From positions 1-35,688 of the forward strand of contig JAPLDX010000042.1 of the NCBI GenBank assembly GCA_026391215.1: a stretch of 35,688 nucleotides of DNA, in the 5' to 3' direction. Under the pieces are notes generated by a model. It was not told where the DNA came from, ran no database searches, and was given only the letters and a program-made list of their open reading frames with translations. Both the position numbers and the translations under genes were made by a program. This document shows positions 16,670 to 26,180 of the stretch, piece by piece; positions within the stretch are counted from its first letter, which is position 1; the number at the start of each line of letters is the position of its first letter. This DNA is from Bacteroidia bacterium. Its GTDB lineage: Bacteria > Bacteroidota > Bacteroidia > Bacteroidales > VadinHA17.

Positions 16670-17845
16670 TTAAATATTGCTTCCGGAGACTGGTCTTGCA
16701 TAGGCCACTACATCAGCTCCGGTTATGTCATCTTTACATAATATGATAAGTCTCTCCAAAACATTCCTGAATTCCCTTATATTGCCTGTCCATTCGACCT
16801 TCTGCATTTCTTTTATGGCGTCAGGCCTGATAGTTTTTTTGCTCATTCCGTATTCCTTGCAGATCATCGAATTAAAATGCTCTGCAAGCAAGGGGATATC
16901 CTCTGAACGTTCATTAAGGGTGGGAACATGGATGAGTATAACGCTGAGACGGTGATAAAGATCTTCCCGGAATCCGTTCTTTTCAATCTCATGCTTAATA
17001 TTCTTATTGGTGGCAGTAATGATTCTTACGTTTACATTGATATCCTTATCTGAACCTACCCTTGTTATCCTGTTCTCCTGAAGGGCTCTCAGCACTTTAG
17101 CCTGTGCCGAAAGACTCATATCGCCAATTTCGTCAAGAAAAAGAGTTCCCCCGTTTGCCTGTTCGAATTTACCGATACGCTGCTTTATAGCTGAGGTGAA
17201 TGATCCTTTCTCGTGCCCAAACAACTCACTTTCAATAAGTTCAGACGGAATGGCGGCGCAATTTACTTCTACAAATGGTCCCTTTGCCCTGCTGCTTTTC
17301 TCATGTATCTGGCGAGCAACAAGTTCTTTCCCGGTTCCGTTAGCGCCTGTGATGAGGACTCTTGCCTCGGTAGGAGCGACCCTGTCGATCATCTCCTTAA
17401 CTTTATTAATAGGTTCGGATTCGCCGACTATCTCGTACATTTTACTGACCTTATTTTTCAGCACCTGTGTCTGGGTTATAAGGGTCGATTTATCCGTAGC
17501 ATTCCGTATGGTTATCAGGAGCCTGTTGAGGTCGATTGGCTTTTCAAGAAAATCGTATGCTCCTTTCTTGATTGCCTCAACTGCTGTATCAATGTTCCCA
17601 TGCCCCGATATCATGACAATAGGAGTGACAGTTGAAATATCAACTATTTTTTCGAGGACTTCGATGCCATCCATTTTCTGCATCTTGATGTCGCACAGGA
17701 CAATATCATATGTATTGTTCGAAAAAAGTTCAATTCCCGTCAGTCCGTCTTCAGCAAGATCAACCTCATGTTTCTCGTATTCCAGAACTTCCTTCAGGGT
17801 GTTCCGGATAGCTTTTTCATCGTCGATAACTAAAATCTTTGACAT
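16670..17845 (-). CDS. Sigma54-interaction AAA+ response regulator (NtrX/NtrC-like) lacking a C-terminal HTH
   Basis: Receiver domain (VIDDE, LCDIKM), GANGTGKE, ESELFGHEKGSFTSA, FLDEIGDM, FREDLYHRL, WTGNIREFRN. The protein ends about 25 aa after the AAA+ domain. Confidence 0.92.
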   Translation of the reverse strand: MSKILVIDDEKAIRNTLKEVLEYEKHEVDLAEDGLTGIELFSNNTYDIVLCDIKMQKMDGIEVLEKIVDISTVTPIVMISGHGNIDTAVEAIKKGAYDFLEKPIDLNRLLITIRNATDKSTLITQTQVLKNKVSKMYEIVGESEPINKVKEMIDRVAPTEARVLITGANGTGKELVARQIHEKSSRAKGPFVEVNCAAIPSELIESELFGHEKGSFTSAIKQRIGKFEQANGGTLFLDEIGDMSLSAQAKVLRALQENRITRVGSDKDINVNVRIITATNKNIKHEIEKNGFREDLYHRLSVILIHVPTLNERSEDIPLLAEHFNSMICKEYGMSKKTIRPDAIKEMQKVEWTGNIREFRNVLERLIILCKDDITGADVVAYARPVSGSNI

Positions 17846-17863
17846 TATATTTTTATTAAATCA

Positions 17864-17892
17864 ACCCACCCCTTGCCCCTCCCAGGAGGGGA
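17864..17892. repeat. Solo C/G-rich palindromic repeat related to the DUF559-flanking repeats
   Basis: ACCCACCCC-TTG-CCCCTC-CCAG-GAGGGG-A; compare with 34666-34702. Confidence 0.6.
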
Positions 17893-17900
17893 TTCTAATG

Positions 17901-17938
17901 CTTTTTACTTTTGTCTTTTTCCTTTTATCTTTTGTCTT
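17901..17938. repeat. 7-bp tandem repeat (CTTTTnn x5)
   Basis: CTTTTTA CTTTTGT CTTTTTC CTTTTAT CTTTTGT CTT, abutting the permease stop codon. Confidence 0.65.
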
Positions 17939-19292
17939 AACCGCTATATTTCAGCCACTTCCAGATCTCCTTCCATGATGATTTCTTCCCGTACATCAGG
18001 ATGCCGGTTCTGTAGACCTTGGCAGCCATCCAGACAAATCCCATAAATGTTATTAACATCAGGACCATTGAGATAATAATCTGCCAGTATGGAACCCCAA
18101 ATGGTATCCTTGCCATCATAACAATAGGAGAGGTGAAGGGAATTATTGAAAACCAGAAAGCAATTGAGCTTTCCGGGTTCTGCATTGTTCCCATTGCCAC
18201 CATAAGAGCGAGTATTATAGGTATTGTAACCGGCAGCATGAACTGCTGCGTTTCAGTTTCGTTATCGACCGCCGAACCAATTGCAGCAAAAACCGAGGCA
18301 TATAAAAGGTACCCTGTAATGAAATAAAATATGAAAGAAAATATTATCAGAAGCCAGTCCTGGTTCATTGCATTGTCAAACAATTTTGAAAATTCTGCCA
18401 TCCCTTCAGACATATCTGCCTTTGTCGTTGCAACTTCCTGCTGATCTCCCGTCATAATATCCTGTGGTATATTCTGAGTGATTTCCGTTACACTCTTGTC
18501 TTTCAGGATAGTCGTTTTCACAACTGCAACCATTGCAACCGTAAGAAATATCCAGATCAGGAACTGTGTAAGGCCTACCAGAGCAACGCCAATGATCTTC
18601 CCCATCATAAGCTGAACAGGTTTAACCGAGGAGACAATTACCTCAATAACCCTGCTTGTTTTTTCTTCAATAACGCCTCTCATAACCATCGATCCGAACA
18701 TGAAAACAAGCATGTACATAAGAAAGCCGCTGATATATGCCAGGGCCATTGCAATGCCTGTGCTTGTTTTTACAGCCTCTCCCGAATCATCGATCTTAAT
18801 AGTCTGAATTGATACATCTGTCTTGACATCCTTAAGGATCTTATCGAGGTCCTTAATATCATATGCAAGAAGCTTCTGCCTTTCAATTTCCTTCTCAAGC
18901 GCACCGGAAATATGATCAAGCAGAGTAAAAGAAGGCTGTTTTTTTGAAATGAGCTGTATGGCATTCGGAGTATTTATGATCTCCGGTGAGATCCACAATA
19001 TACCATAATACCCAGCCTCTTCAAAAGTTGTTTTAAGATCTTCTACTGAAGTGTTTTCCAGGTAGATATAATCTGCATCTTTTGTGTCGGGAATGACATT
19101 CTTAAACAGGTCAGAACCATCTTCGATAACAGCGATCTTCTTGAAATCCTTATCGCCGTTCACCATCAGAAGCGTTGGTACAACCATAAGAGCCGCCATT
19201 AACACTGGCGCCAGGATGGTCATTATGATGAATGATTTCTTTCTCACCCTGGTAAGGTATTCTCTTTTTATTATTATAGATATCTTATTCAT
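17937..19292 (-). CDS. ABC-2 type transporter permease (NatB/YhaP-like)
   Basis: IIKREYLTRVRKKSF, GVIEEKTSRVIEVIVSSV.P.QLMMGKI and IPFTSPIVMMAR motifs. Confidence 0.92.
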   Translation of the reverse strand: MNKISIIIKREYLTRVRKKSFIIMTILAPVLMAALMVVPTLLMVNGDKDFKKIAVIEDGSDLFKNVIPDTKDADYIYLENTSVEDLKTTFEEAGYYGILWISPEIINTPNAIQLISKKQPSFTLLDHISGALEKEIERQKLLAYDIKDLDKILKDVKTDVSIQTIKIDDSGEAVKTSTGIAMALAYISGFLMYMLVFMFGSMVMRGVIEEKTSRVIEVIVSSVKPVQLMMGKIIGVALVGLTQFLIWIFLTVAMVAVVKTTILKDKSVTEITQNIPQDIMTGDQQEVATTKADMSEGMAEFSKLFDNAMNQDWLLIIFSFIFYFITGYLLYASVFAAIGSAVDNETETQQFMLPVTIPIILALMVAMGTMQNPESSIAFWFSIIPFTSPIVMMARIPFGVPYWQIIISMVLMLITFMGFVWMAAKVYRTGILMYGKKSSWKEIWKWLKYSG

Positions 19293-19310
19293 AATCTGGA
19301 TGTTTCAGGA

Positions 19311-20219
19311 TTAATTACGGGATTCAACTACCCTGATAAATATTTCATTCATAGAGGGGAGAGCAGGATTGAAAGAGATGATCTTACCTGATTTCATAAC
19401 AGTTTTCAGGATATCATTTGTTGTGATATCCGATATAGTTTTAATCCTTATCAGGCTCTTTTCATTTTCAAACTGATTATTAAGGATCTTATACTGCCCG
19501 TTTCCTTCAATTTTGACTTCGCCTTCAAAAAGAAGCTCGTATTCGTTAGCGGCCCACTGACTGCGAATCTCATCCACGCTTCCTTCAAGGATTGTCTTTG
19601 CTTTGTCAATGAGAGTGATATTGTCGCAAAGTTCCTCAACCGATTCCATATTATGGGTGGAAAATATTATTGTGGCACCTCTTTCCCTGAGGAAGAGTAT
19701 TTCATTCTTGATGATATTGGCGTTAACAGGGTCAAATCCAGTGAACGGTTCATCGAAAATTATGAGTTTTGGTTCATGAAGGATAGTGGTCACAAACTGC
19801 ACTTTCTGCTGCATACCTTTTGACAGCTCTTCAACCTTCTTGCCCCACCATTCAACCATATCCAGTTTTTTAAACCAGTATTTCAGTCTTCTCATTGCTT
19901 CTGCCTTGGTAAGTCCTTTAAGTTGGGCAAAATAGATCGCCTGTTCGCCAATTTTCATTTTTTTGTACAAGCCGCGTTCTTCAGGAAGGTAGCCGATGAA
20001 CTGGACATCCTCCGGCATCAGTTTACGGCCGCTCATGAAAAGCTCCCCGGCATCGGGACCGGTTATCTGGTTGATTATCCTTATGAGCGTTGTTTTTCCG
20101 GCGCCGTTTGGTCCAAGAAGTCCGTATATGCACTGTTCAGGTACAGCTATGCTTACATTATCCAGTGCAGTGAAATTTCCGAATTTTTTGGTGATGTTCT
20201 TTGCCTCAAATAGTGACAT
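19311..20219 (-). CDS. ABC transporter ATP-binding protein (NatA/YhaQ-like)
   Basis: GPNGAGKTT, GYLPEERGLY, LSKGMQQK, IFDEPF and STH motifs. Confidence 0.95.
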   Translation of the reverse strand: MSLFEAKNITKKFGNFTALDNVSIAVPEQCIYGLLGPNGAGKTTLIRIINQITGPDAGELFMSGRKLMPEDVQFIGYLPEERGLYKKMKIGEQAIYFAQLKGLTKAEAMRRLKYWFKKLDMVEWWGKKVEELSKGMQQKVQFVTTILHEPKLIIFDEPFTGFDPVNANIIKNEILFLRERGATIIFSTHNMESVEELCDNITLIDKAKTILEGSVDEIRSQWAANEYELLFEGEVKIEGNGQYKILNNQFENEKSLIRIKTISDITTNDILKTVMKSGKIISFNPALPSMNEIFIRVVESRN

Positions 20220-20267
20220 AGAATAATAGGTTAGGTTTTAAAATGAGTGGTAAATATATGAAATCTC

Positions 20268-21419
20268 CTATTCAAAATACCCCTTCATCCTTTCAAAAAA
20301 GCCTCTGTCGTTCTTATCAGGTTTTGGGGTGAAGGTATCTGACTCTTTGAATCTTTCAATGATCTTAGCTTCTTCCCTGCTGGGATTCTTGGGTATCCAT
20401 ACGTTTACATTGACGAGGAGATCTCCTCTTCCATAACCATTGACTTCCGGCAGTCCTTTTCCTCTTAAACGCAGGATCTTGCCTGGCTGGGTTCCCGGCT
20501 CGATCTTTATTTTGACATTATTATCTATTGTAGGCACCTCAACATGAGCACCGAGAACAGCATCAGGGATGCTGATGAATAAATTATAGATCAAGTCGTT
20601 ACCTTCCCTTATCAGATCAGGATGGCTCTCTTCGTCAATTACGACCAGCAGGTCGCCGTTAACGCCTCCCCTCCTGGGCGCATTTCCTTTGCCGGACATT
20701 GTCATCTGCATCCCTTTACCGACTCCGGCAGGTATATTGATCTTAATTATATCCTCTTTCTGAACTATTCCTTCGCCATAACAGGCAGAACATTTTTTTG
20801 TTATTGTCTTACCCTCGCCTCCGCATGAAGGACATACAGAGGTAGTCTGCATCTGTCCCAGCATTGTATTTGTGAGTCGTGTTACATGTCCCGAACCGCG
20901 GCATGTTGAACAGGTTGACAGGCTGTTTGAATCTGCAGCTCCTGTTCCCCCGCAGGTTGCGCATGTGACATACCTGGAGACCTTTATCTTTTTTTCTGCA
21001 CCATTGGCTATTTCGTTGAGTGTAAGCTTAACCTTCACCCTGAGGTTGGTCCCTTTGTTAACCCTTCTTCCTCCTCCGTGTCTGTTGCTGCCGAAACCTC
21101 CAAATCCCCCGAAGGCATCGCCGAAGATATCGCCGAAGGATGAGAAGATATCTTCCATTGTCATGGTACCTCCTCCGAATCCGTTTCCGGCGCCACTCAT
21201 ACCTGCATGGCCAAAACGGTCATACCTGGCTTTTTTCTCATCATTGCTTAAAACCTCATAGGCTTCAGCCGCCTCCTTGAAAAGTTCCTCTGCTTTCTTA
21301 TCACCGGGATTCTTATCGGGATGGTGCTTCAAAGCCTGCTTCCTGTAAGCCTTCTTTATCTCTTCCTTTGTGGCACTTTTTGATACCCCGAGGACTTCGT
21401 AATAATCTCTTTTTTCCAT
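20268..21419 (-). CDS. dnaJ: Molecular chaperone DnaJ
   Basis: J-domain ([11 protein letters not shown]), G/F-rich linker and four CxxCxGxG repeats. ATG at 21417-21419. Confidence 0.98.
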   Translation of the reverse strand: MEKRDYYEVLGVSKSATKEEIKKAYRKQALKHHPDKNPGDKKAEELFKEAAEAYEVLSNDEKKARYDRFGHAGMSGAGNGFGGGTMTMEDIFSSFGDIFGDAFGGFGGFGSNRHGGGRRVNKGTNLRVKVKLTLNEIANGAEKKIKVSRYVTCATCGGTGAADSNSLSTCSTCRGSGHVTRLTNTMLGQMQTTSVCPSCGGEGKTITKKCSACYGEGIVQKEDIIKINIPAGVGKGMQMTMSGKGNAPRRGGVNGDLLVVIDEESHPDLIREGNDLIYNLFISIPDAVLGAHVEVPTIDNNVKIKIEPGTQPGKILRLRGKGLPEVNGYGRGDLLVNVNVWIPKNPSREEAKIIERFKESDTFTPKPDKNDRGFFERMKGYFE

Positions 21420-21423
21420 CCGT

Positions 21424-22047
21424 TTATTCTCCGACAATTACCTTTGAATGTCTGATAACCTTATCCTGCAAATAAAAACCCTTTTGGACCACCTCTACTA
21501 TTTTCCCTTTCTTATCCTCTTCCTGGACCTGCACTTTAGCTACAGCATGATGGAGGTCTACATTGAATTCACAATTCATGGATTCAATTTCCCTGACCCC
21601 GTTTTGTTTAAGGTATTCAGTGAGCTTCAGGTAAATAAGATCAATCCCTTCTTTCATTGCAGCACTGTCCGTTGCTGTATCAAGATGTGACATAGCCCTT
21701 TCAAAATCATCCATGAAAGGAAGTATATTCAGAAGCACATTCTCACTGGCATATTTCGACAATTCCATTTTTTCACGCAGGGTTCTTCTCCTGTAATTAT
21801 CAAATTCAGCGGATAGACGCAGATATTTATCCTGCATCTCTGCCAGTTTTTCCTCTAAAGATCTTTCTTCAGGAACAGCTTTATCGGCAGCAGGCTGTTC
21901 AGCAGCACCGGTTTCTTTCTCCTGCTTCTCTGTGCCCTTTTCCGGCTGAACAGTCTCCTGTGCAGGGACATTTTCTTTATTATCAGCTGTTTCGCTATGA
22001 TCTTCTTGTCTGGTCTCATGCTGATCAGACGTTTTCTTCTTTACCAT
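21424..22047 (-). CDS. grpE: Nucleotide exchange factor GrpE
   Basis: [24 protein letters not shown] and [16 protein letters not shown] motifs; ATG at 22045-22047. Confidence 0.97.
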   Translation of the reverse strand: MVKKKTSDQHETRQEDHSETADNKENVPAQETVQPEKGTEKQEKETGAAEQPAADKAVPEERSLEEKLAEMQDKYLRLSAEFDNYRRRTLREKMELSKYASENVLLNILPFMDDFERAMSHLDTATDSAAMKEGIDLIYLKLTEYLKQNGVREIESMNCEFNVDLHHAVAKVQVQEEDKKGKIVEVVQKGFYLQDKVIRHSKVIVGE

Positions 22048-22083
22048 CACACGTATAATTTCGATTTAATAAACTTCTGTTCA

Positions 22084-22123
22084 ACAAATTGTTTGCCAGC
22101 AATCAATAATTGACATTTTGACA
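22084..22123 (-). promoter_or_regulatory. Sigma54-like -24/-12 element plus TGACA-N3-TGACA repeat upstream of grpE-dnaJ
   Basis: Minus strand 22098-22084 reads TGGCAAACAATTTGT (GG-N10-GT). TGACA at 22111 and 22119. Spacing is identical to the hsp20 site. Confidence 0.62.
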
Positions 22124-22161
22124 GAGAGATGAAGAGGATTAAGGCATTATGGCGCAAAATA

Positions 22162-23466
22162 CTAAAGCCTTTCTATATCTGCTCCCAGGGCATTAAGACG
22201 TTTATCTATATCCTGATACCCGCGATCGATCTGTTCGATATTATGGATAACGCTCTTGCCTTCTGCTGACATGGCGGCAATCAGCAGCGCAACTCCGGCC
22301 CTGATATCAGGAGATGACATAACGGTACCTCGGAGCTTTAATTTCCTGTCATGGCCTATTACTGTTGCCCTGTGAGGGTCGCAAAGAATTATCTGCGCGC
22401 CCATATCAATCAGCTTGTCAACAAAAAAGAGACGGCTTTCAAACATCTTCTGATGGATAAGGACAGCGCCTTTAGCCTGGGTTGCAGTAACCAGGAACAC
22501 GCTGAGCAGATCAGGAGTCAGTCCCGGCCATATTGCATCAGCGATTGTCATTATTGAACCGTCAATGAAGGTTTCTATTTCATAATGTTCCTGACGGGGG
22601 ATATAGATATTATCACCTGATTTTTCCAGTATTATGCCGAGCCTCCGGAAAGAATCAGGGATAATGCCCAGGTTCTCATATGAAACGTTTTTGATAGTGA
22701 TCTCAGATTCGGTCATGGCTGCCAAACCTATGAATGAACCGATTTCAATCATATCGGGCAGTATGGTATGTGTGCAGCCTTTTAGTTCCTTTACTCCATC
22801 GATATATAGTAGATTGGAACCGATGCCATCTATCCTGGCACCCATTGAAACGAGCATTTTGCAGAGCTGCTGGATATAGGGTTCGCAGGCAGCATTGTAT
22901 ATAGTTGTGCGTCCTTTTGCCAGCACGGCAGCCATTATTATATTTGCAGTTCCGGTAACTGATGCCTCATCCATGTGTATGTATGCACCTGTCAGCGAAG
23001 ATGCTTCAATCTTAAAGAAAGGATCGGAGGATTCGTATTCAAATTCTGCTCCAAGCTTCTGGAAGCCAATTAAATGTGTGTCAACGCGGCGACGGCCTAT
23101 TTTATCTCCGCCCGGTTTTGGGATATATGCCTTTCCAAACCTTGCAAGGAGAGGACCGACGACCATTATTGATCCCCTGATACTGTTGCTTTGCGACCGG
23201 TATTCACTTGTAAGAAGATAATCAAGATTGATTTCGGCAGCCCTGAATTTAATTGTTGATTTTGATTCCCTTGAAACCTTTACTCCCAGGCATTCAACGA
23301 GCTCTATCAGCTTATTTACATCACTGATACAGGGAATATTATTGATTGTTATTGTTTCTGACGAGAGAAGAGTTGCACATATTATCTGCAAAGCTTCATT
23401 TTTAGCACCCTGCGGGATTATTTCCCCCTTAAGAGATTTTCCGCCATGAACGATAAAAGTTCCCAT
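22162..23466 (-). CDS. murA: UDP-N-acetylglucosamine 1-carboxyvinyltransferase
   Basis: GAKNEAL, PGGDKIGRR, SVTGTAN, NAACEP and PDIRAG motifs. Confidence 0.98.
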   Translation of the reverse strand: MGTFIVHGGKSLKGEIIPQGAKNEALQIICATLLSSETITINNIPCISDVNKLIELVECLGVKVSRESKSTIKFRAAEINLDYLLTSEYRSQSNSIRGSIMVVGPLLARFGKAYIPKPGGDKIGRRRVDTHLIGFQKLGAEFEYESSDPFFKIEASSLTGAYIHMDEASVTGTANIIMAAVLAKGRTTIYNAACEPYIQQLCKMLVSMGARIDGIGSNLLYIDGVKELKGCTHTILPDMIEIGSFIGLAAMTESEITIKNVSYENLGIIPDSFRRLGIILEKSGDNIYIPRQEHYEIETFIDGSIMTIADAIWPGLTPDLLSVFLVTATQAKGAVLIHQKMFESRLFFVDKLIDMGAQIILCDPHRATVIGHDRKLKLRGTVMSSPDIRAGVALLIAAMSAEGKSVIHNIEQIDRGYQDIDKRLNALGADIERL

Positions 23467-24110
23467 TAATGCCGGGTATATCCTTTTTTCCTGTTGAATT
23501 GTTTATTCTGTTGCTTTCCATGAGGTTTCCCCAGCGGTTTTCTTTTTGGCGGCGGCAGTAGTTCCTTAACTTCCAGGATCTTCACTCCATCGGTCATTTT
23601 AAGCCTTCCACCGGATAATAACTTCATGTCGCCAATTATAACTTCATCAGCAACCTGACTCCTGTTCCAGGTGACGTACGACTATTTCATCTGATTTACA
23701 ATAAGAGTCGTAAGATATTCCCTTTCTTCACCTTCTTTCATTTCACAAGCGGCATCGATCATTAATTCAACGATCCGTCCGTAATGCAGGAATCTTATGT
23801 CACCTTGCTTGTATGGTATCTGATTCGGCTTTTCAACAAACTTTGTCGGTTCCGGTAAAGTATAAGGGGAATCAATATCCAGACTAAAATCTGCTATCAG
23901 GGCAAGATGATCCCACAGCTTATGCCTGAAATCTCCTTCATCACGCAGGTGAGGATTGAGATTGCCCATGACCTGAATGATCGTCCTTGCGGCACGGTTC
24001 CTTTCTGCTCTGTCTTCAATGGTTTTGATGTGATCGACCATCTTCTGGACATTCCTGCCGTATTCAGGCAAGGCCATTCTCTTCCTCTGTGTATTGTAAT
24101 CGTAAGTCAT
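23466..24110 (-). pseudogene. DUF4290 family protein (214 codons) interrupted by an in-frame TAG at 23682-23684
   Basis: YNTQR.R..LPEYGRNVQKMV, HKLWDHL and RFLHYGR motifs. The frame continues after the TAG (SYVTWNRSQVADEVI...YTRH) to TAA 23466-23468, which overlaps the murA ATG. Confidence 0.8.
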
Positions 24111-24123
24111 TTGTTCTTTTTTG

Positions 24124-24131
24124 CAAAGCTA
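24124..24131 (-). promoter_or_regulatory. Bacteroidota -7 box (TAnnTTTG) for the DUF4290-murA unit
   Basis: Minus strand TAGCTTTG(CA), ending about 13 nt upstream of the ATG. Confidence 0.55.
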
Positions 24132-24178
24132 ATAATTAAATGCCAATTAAATAAAGGATTCACTACACGTCAGCTGAT

Positions 24179-24889
24179 CTACAGACCCAGGAACTGTATT
24201 GCTATGCCTGAGAGGAAGATCATTGCTCCAGCAAAGAGGTTGCTGTATTTTTCGACAGGTTTCAGATTGATCCTGCTAAATCCCATCTTGAAAGCCAGCA
24301 CAATCGAAATCATTGTAGCTATAGTGACAATTGAGAATAGCAGGGAAACCAGGATGGCTCCGGGTATATTGTTTTCAGCGGCCGGATACATGACTATCGG
24401 GATTAATGGTTCGCAGGGTCCGAATATAAATATCAGGAACAGTATCCAGGGAGTTGTTTTGACAACATCAGTTTCATGAACATGGGTATGTTCCCTGTGG
24501 TGATCGTGTTCATGAGAATGGCTTTCTCCGCCGATATGAAAGTGACTATGATAATGTTTTCTGTTCTTAATAAGGTTCCTGATACTGATCACCATATAAA
24601 TGAGGCCAAAGGCAATGAACAGCCATGCTGCTATATTGCCGCGGAACGATTCCACATTAACAAGCCTGGTTAGCGATATACCTACTGCTATCCCTATCAG
24701 TCCGATAACAACAGAGCTTAACACATGCCCCAGCCCGCAGATGAATGTAATGAACATGGTTTTCTTAAGAGTCCATTTTTTTGCCTCGCTGAGAACAATG
24801 AACGGCAGATAATGATCCGGCCCAAGGATTGTGTGTATAAATCCGAGCGAGATTGCAGTAACCGAAAGCAGGGCAATAGAGTTATTCAT
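24179..24889 (-). CDS. Putative Ni/Co transporter-like membrane protein (NiCoT/RcnA/UreH-like) with His-rich loop
   Basis: HTILGPDH in TM1, GLGHVLSS, the loop HYHSHFHIGGESHSHEHDHHREHTHVH, and GPCEPL. About 6 TM helices; ATG at 24887-24889. Confidence 0.75.
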   Translation of the reverse strand: MNNSIALLSVTAISLGFIHTILGPDHYLPFIVLSEAKKWTLKKTMFITFICGLGHVLSSVVIGLIGIAVGISLTRLVNVESFRGNIAAWLFIAFGLIYMVISIRNLIKNRKHYHSHFHIGGESHSHEHDHHREHTHVHETDVVKTTPWILFLIFIFGPCEPLIPIVMYPAAENNIPGAILVSLLFSIVTIATMISIVLAFKMGFSRINLKPVEKYSNLFAGAMIFLSGIAIQFLGL

Positions 24890-24964
24890 AGCACTGACCA
24901 ATAATATGCAATAATATAGATAAAATCTGAAATAAAGAATATATAATCAGTGAAATTATTTAGA

Positions 24965-24998
24965 GGTGCAACGGTTCAACGGCACAACGGCACAAAGG
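24965..24998. repeat. Degenerate 8-bp tandem repeat
   Basis: GGTGCAAC GGTTCAAC GGCACAAC GGCACAAA GG. Confidence 0.6.
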
Positions 24999-25021
24999 TA
25001 AAGGTAATAGAGGATTTGCTG

Positions 25022-26149
25022 TTAATTATTTAACAGCCAGTAGCTTCCGTTAAAAATATACTCTTTTACATTGATGTTTTGTTTGTAAAGAAATGCCCTT
25101 GAGTCGTTTATGAATTTCTTCATCTGCATGAAGTCGGTCATGGAGGGAAAGAAATCTGCATTTTTCTCAAATTCAGAGCATGGGAGGATGTAAAATTTTT
25201 GATCGTAATCAACTATCGGGGTGTAGACCCACGTCAGGTAATATCCTGCACCGGAAATAACTACCTGGTCGCCGGTTTTTACCATGTCTATTCTTACCAT
25301 CGATCCTCCGTCGGTTTTCGGTTTTCTCTGGTTTGAGACAAAATTACCAAGGGAATATACAACAGCTTTATTCTCATCCATAAGCCATACCATTCTCTGG
25401 AGCACATGCTGGTGTGAGCCGATTACAAGATCAGCACCCATAGAAAGAAAATATTTCGCAAGTTCCGTCTGAATGAATGAAGGGATCGTATCATATTCAT
25501 TACCCCAGTGCAGGAACAATACCATAATATCTGGATTTTTACTTCTGGCTTTTTCAATATCACCCGCAATCTGGTTCTTATCAAGCGTATTCACTATAAG
25601 CGGCTCAGGCACCCTTATGCCGTTGGTGCCATAAGTATAATTCATCAGTGCAATTGAAAATCCTTTTTTATTGATAATCAGAGGATGAAGGCTGTCCTTT
25701 GCCGCCTGATCAGTAAAAGTGCCGGTATGTGGTATACCAATGCTATCAAGCCTGTTTATTGTACCTGTTATCCCGTCTTTTCCGCGATCAGCAGCATGAT
25801 TATTTGCAGTTACCAGGTAATCAATTCCGGCATTACGACAGGCATCAGCAAGGGCAGCCGGCGAGCTGAACTGTGGGTATCCTTTGTAAGGAGGGCCCGC
25901 CAGTGTAACTTCAAGGTTGGCTACTGCAATATCAGCATCTGAAATTACGGGCTTTATGTACATGAAGACGTCATTATAATCCCAGGTGCCTGTTTTTAAG
26001 TTCTCAGCCGACCATATCTGGGAATCATGGCCCATTATGTCACCGATAAAAAGCAGCGAGAGCTTTTCTTCTTCAGGTACCGTTACCTGGTTGTAGCCCG
26101 GCACACCGAGACACATGAAAATCAGGAAGATAAGCACTAATCTGAACAT
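25022..26149 (-). CDS. CapA/PgsA (PGA_cap) family metallophosphoesterase-fold exported protein
   Basis: FIGDIMGH, ANLEVTL, ANNHAADRG, LHWGNEY, IGSHQHVLQ and YSLGNFVSNQ motifs; signal peptide. Confidence 0.9.
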   Translation of the reverse strand: MFRLVLIFLIFMCLGVPGYNQVTVPEEEKLSLLFIGDIMGHDSQIWSAENLKTGTWDYNDVFMYIKPVISDADIAVANLEVTLAGPPYKGYPQFSSPAALADACRNAGIDYLVTANNHAADRGKDGITGTINRLDSIGIPHTGTFTDQAAKDSLHPLIINKKGFSIALMNYTYGTNGIRVPEPLIVNTLDKNQIAGDIEKARSKNPDIMVLFLHWGNEYDTIPSFIQTELAKYFLSMGADLVIGSHQHVLQRMVWLMDENKAVVYSLGNFVSNQRKPKTDGGSMVRIDMVKTGDQVVISGAGYYLTWVYTPIVDYDQKFYILPCSEFEKNADFFPSMTDFMQMKKFINDSRAFLYKQNINVKEYIFNGSYWLLNN

Positions 26150-26180
26150 TTTACAAGCTTTTAAATTGATCTTTCGGTCA

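Noticed and set aside
17196-17978. 260-aa plus-strand ORF
   Set aside because: Antisense shadow of the sigma54 regulator, with no recognisable motifs. The same applies to the other short ORF-track entries overlapping confident genes.
22125-22160. Possible fourth 8-bp periodic array after the murA stop
   Set aside because: Too degenerate to define a repeat unit with confidence.
23682-23684. Genome-wide TAG recoding or pyrrolysine
   Set aside because: TAG is the normal stop of cydA, pssA, parA, dnaJ, murA and cstA in this window, and no pyl genes are seen.
25022-26149. Poly-gamma-glutamate capsule locus
   Set aside because: No capB/capC (pgsB/pgsC) nearby; stand-alone CapA-family genes are common.
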